DNA from: an uncultured Thermodesulfobacteriota bacterium
Lineage (GTDB): Bacteria; Desulfobacterota; B13-G15; RBG-16-54-18
NCBI GenBank assembly: GCA_964459135.1
Contig: CAYWLI010000001.1
Coordinates: 2,506 to 66,505 of the forward strand
Direction: 5' to 3'
Length of the DNA: 64,000 bases
In this document: positions 61,670-64,000 of the stretch, one piece after another
Layout of the letters: each line of letters opens with the position of its first letter
Numbering within the stretch: position 1 is the first letter of the stretch
Notes under the pieces: model-generated
The model's input: only the letters and a program-made list of their open reading frames with translations
Told to the model about the DNA's origin: nothing
The model's database searches: none
Program-made: the position numbers and the translations under genes

Positions 61670-63127
61670 ATGATTGTTACTATCTTGATTGTATTGGCAG
61701 CCCTCGTTTTGGTAGTGCAGGCATGTATTGGGTTGGGTTTCTTTATTTCGTGTATGTGGGAAAAAGAAAAACGGGCCACCCTTTTCGCTGGATTGCAATG
61801 CTTCGGCATGCTGTGTGTGCTGATCGCCTTTCTGTATCTCGTGCGTATCGATTTTTTTGAGACAGACACGGGCCTTGCGATTCTTATCATAGGATTTTTT
61901 CTTGGTGCTGTTGTTGCTTTTCTTTTCTTGAGGCGTACTGCGCCGAACAAAAAGGCACTTGAAGGGACGAAGGGATTGATTGTCGGAGACGTAAGGCGAT
62001 TCGATGAAAGAGACCAGGTCTTTGCGAGGAATCGAACCCTGCGACCCGGTTCAGAACAGTATAGGGCGTATTACCAGGAACATCCCGAACACGAGGCATT
62101 CGATGCAAAGAGAAGGAAAAAGGGAGGGCCCATTGGGGACCTCGGCATCATCGATAGGCCCCATAGCGCGGCAAATGCTTCCGCTACCCTGGCATCCCTC
62201 TCCATGTCCTTGTATCTTTCAACTCCTGAGAAGGTGAGCCCTCAGGCCCATGTTCAATTGCAGGGCACACAGGTCAACCTCAGCCCGGAGGAGGCGACAG
62301 AGAGAGTGAAGGGTTATGCTCGATACCTGGGGGCCGATCTGGTGGGGATAACAGAGATCAACCCTCTCTGGCTCTATTCTCACCGGGGAGAGATATTCCA
62401 CGAGAATTGGGAGGACTGGGGGAAGGAGATTAGGCTCAGTCATACCTATGCGGTTGTCTGTGCCGAGGAGATGTCCTTTGAAATGGTCGGCTCTGCACCC
62501 CACACCCCTACCACTATTGAAAGTATGAAGAACTATGCAAAGGGGGCCGTTATCGCAGATCAGCTCGCGGCCTTCATCGCCAACCTCGGGTATTCAGCTA
62601 CAGCAAATTTCCTCCGTCATTATGATGCCATGCTTGTGCCATTGGCAGTGGATGCGGGTTTAGGGGAATGCGGTCGACTTGGATATGTGATGACAAAAGA
62701 ATTTGGCCCACGGGGAAGGCTCAGCGCGGTGACCACGGACTTGCCCCTCGTAGTTGATAAGCCGATAGATATTGGCGTTGAGGATTTCTGCACGATCTGT
62801 AAGAAGTGCGCTGTCTGCTGCCCCTCCAGATCTATTCCGTTGGATGATCAGCAAGAGATCAATGGAACACTACGCTGGAAGTTGCATGATGAGACATGCT
62901 TTGATTATTGGGGGAATATTGGGACAGATTGCAACATTTGTATGCGGGTGTGCCCATGGAGTCATGCGAGGGCATTACCCCACAAGCTTATCATGGAGAT
63001 TATTACGAGAAATAAACTCGCGCGACGTCTCTTTAATGTGATGGATGATATATTTTATGGAAAGAAGCCACAACCGAAACCAACAGCTCCCCTCTGGGCT
63101 TCTTTTCATTCCTGGGAGAAAAGATAG
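61670..63127 (+). CDS. Reductive-dehalogenase-family (RdhA/QueG-like) Fe-S protein with an N-terminal 3-TM membrane anchor
   Basis: Start placed at the ATG preceded by AAGGGAGGAG. It has three N-terminal TM helices, then FCTICKKCAVCCP (CxxCxxCxxxCP) and CFDYWGNIGTDCNICMRVCP (Cx10CxxCxxxCP). No Tat motif is present. Confidence 0.6.
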   Translation: MIVTILIVLAALVLVVQACIGLGFFISCMWEKEKRATLFAGLQCFGMLCVLIAFLYLVRIDFFETDTGLAILIIGFFLGAVVAFLFLRRTAPNKKALEGTKGLIVGDVRRFDERDQVFARNRTLRPGSEQYRAYYQEHPEHEAFDAKRRKKGGPIGDLGIIDRPHSAANASATLASLSMSLYLSTPEKVSPQAHVQLQGTQVNLSPEEATERVKGYARYLGADLVGITEINPLWLYSHRGEIFHENWEDWGKEIRLSHTYAVVCAEEMSFEMVGSAPHTPTTIESMKNYAKGAVIADQLAAFIANLGYSATANFLRHYDAMLVPLAVDAGLGECGRLGYVMTKEFGPRGRLSAVTTDLPLVVDKPIDIGVEDFCTICKKCAVCCPSRSIPLDDQQEINGTLRWKLHDETCFDYWGNIGTDCNICMRVCPWSHARALPHKLIMEIITRNKLARRLFNVMDDIFYGKKPQPKPTAPLWASFHSWEKR

Positions 63128-63181
63128 TTGTGTAGCATAGCAATCAGATGAGAGTAGCTGTTTATTGAAAAGAGACAGTTC

Positions 63182-64000
63182 TTAGGAGAGCCGCTTGAAG
63201 AGGATGGAGATATTGGCCCCACCGTTGGCAAAACCGTTGAGGAGGGCAGACTCAATTTTTTTACTGAGCGCCCCTGTGGTCGTATAGTCCAGGTCGCACG
63301 CGGGGTCTGGTTCGCGGTAGTTGATAGTGGGAGGGACGATCCCCTCTTGGATGCTCAGGACCGCTGCACACGCCTTGATTCCCCCTGAGGCGTCGAATTC
63401 ACCAATCATCGACTTGACGGCGTTGATGGCTATCGCGTCTGCCCTCTTCCCAAAGGCCTCTCTGATAGCCCTTGTCTCGACCAGGTCCAAGGCTTGGGTG
63501 GAGTTGGCAGCGGCGCAGATATAATCCACCTGCGGGAGTCCTCCTGTTGCCTGCGACATCGCCCTGGCCATAGAGGAGCCGTCTCTGTCGTAGCTCCAGA
63601 CGCCATCGTTACACCCCACCATGCCATACCCCACCATTTCTGCATAGAGGGGTGCCTCGCGGCTGCGTGCATGGTCGAAGGCCTCCATGACCAAAACACC
63701 GCTTCCTTCCCCGAGGACGATCCCGTTTCTCGTACGGTCAAAGGGGCGCATCCCCTCCGAATAGGGAGGCCTCTGAGGGGAGAGGCTCCCCAAGGTGGCG
63801 TATACGTTATACAGGGGTTCGCTGATTTCATCACCCCCGCCGGCAAAGATGACCTCGGCCTTGCCGAGGCGCAGGGCCTCGAAGGCGTGGACAATAGCGC
63901 TTTCCGCTGAGGCCTCTTTGTGGGAGAAGGTGGTATTGATACCGGTTATCCCAAACTCAATGGAGGCATGGCTGCAGATAGCGTTCGGGACCGAGGTCTG
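63182..64000 (-). CDS. Beta-ketoacyl-ACP synthase (FabF/FabB family), 5'-truncated by the window end
   Basis: C-terminal KAS motifs (GIVLGEGSG, active-site His region, GHxxGAAG-like). The frame stays open to position 64000. Confidence 0.8.
   Translation of the reverse strand, partial: QTSVPNAICSHASIEFGITGINTTFSHKEASAESAIVHAFEALRLGKAEVIFAGGGDEISEPLYNVYATLGSLSPQRPPYSEGMRPFDRTRNGIVLGEGSGVLVMEAFDHARSREAPLYAEMVGYGMVGCNDGVWSYDRDGSSMARAMSQATGGLPQVDYICAAANSTQALDLVETRAIREAFGKRADAIAINAVKSMIGEFDASGGIKACAAVLSIQEGIVPPTINYREPDPACDLDYTTTGALSKKIESALLNGFANGGANISILFKRLS

Noticed and set aside
63430-63910. Two overlapping ORFs of ~140-154 aa on both strands
   Set aside because: They are alternative frames of the KAS gene, whose correct frame reads through to the window end.

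Overview
This is a 64 kb, GC-rich (~58%) bacterial chromosomal segment, almost fully coding. I saw no rRNA, tRNA, CRISPR array, IS/transposase or integrase. The layout is judged by eye from the ORF translations and the raw sequence. (1) Left third, ~1-30.3 kb, looks accessory/catabolic. It holds hrcA (3' end cut by the window edge), an MFS exporter, and a liv-type ABC transporter operon (livG-livF-ACS-livH-livM-SBP) containing two AMP-forming acyl-CoA synthetases and a DUF169-like gene. A divergent XRE-cupin regulator follows. Next comes a three-gene corrinoid methyltransferase operon shaped like the MtvABC vanillate O-demethylase (corrinoid protein, UroD-like MT I, pterin-binding MT II). Then an aryl/acyl-CoA ligase, a TRAP transporter (dctPQM), IclR, SDR, thiolase, a RamA-type reductive activase (2Fe-2S + ASKHA), a second UroD-like methyltransferase / corrinoid protein pair under a GntR regulator, and another MFS. 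(2) The middle, 30.4-48.3 kb, is an uninterrupted minus-strand housekeeping block: pgpA-hisF-hisA-(secreted unknown)-hisB-hisD-murA-prmC-prfA-rpmE-rho-coaE-gyrB-dnaN-dnaA-gyrA. DnaA-box-like palindromes and AT-rich intergenic DNA suggest the chromosomal origin region; recF is absent and gyrA sits upstream of dnaA. (3) The right quarter has a dgt-like HD hydrolase, a trio of APH-like kinase / PHP (TrpH-like) phosphoesterase / atypical P-loop kinase, and a tiny Cys/His-rich putative lipopeptide. It also has a six-gene minus-strand envelope operon (B12-radical SAM, rhodanese, GT2, lipoprotein, membrane protein, Tat-exported DUF362-like), an HD protein, hemC coupled to a DUF362-ferredoxin gene, a membrane-anchored reductive-dehalogenase-like Fe-S protein, and the 3' part of a KAS gene running off the window. 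Many long ORFs in the supplied track are antisense GC artefacts and I have not called them.
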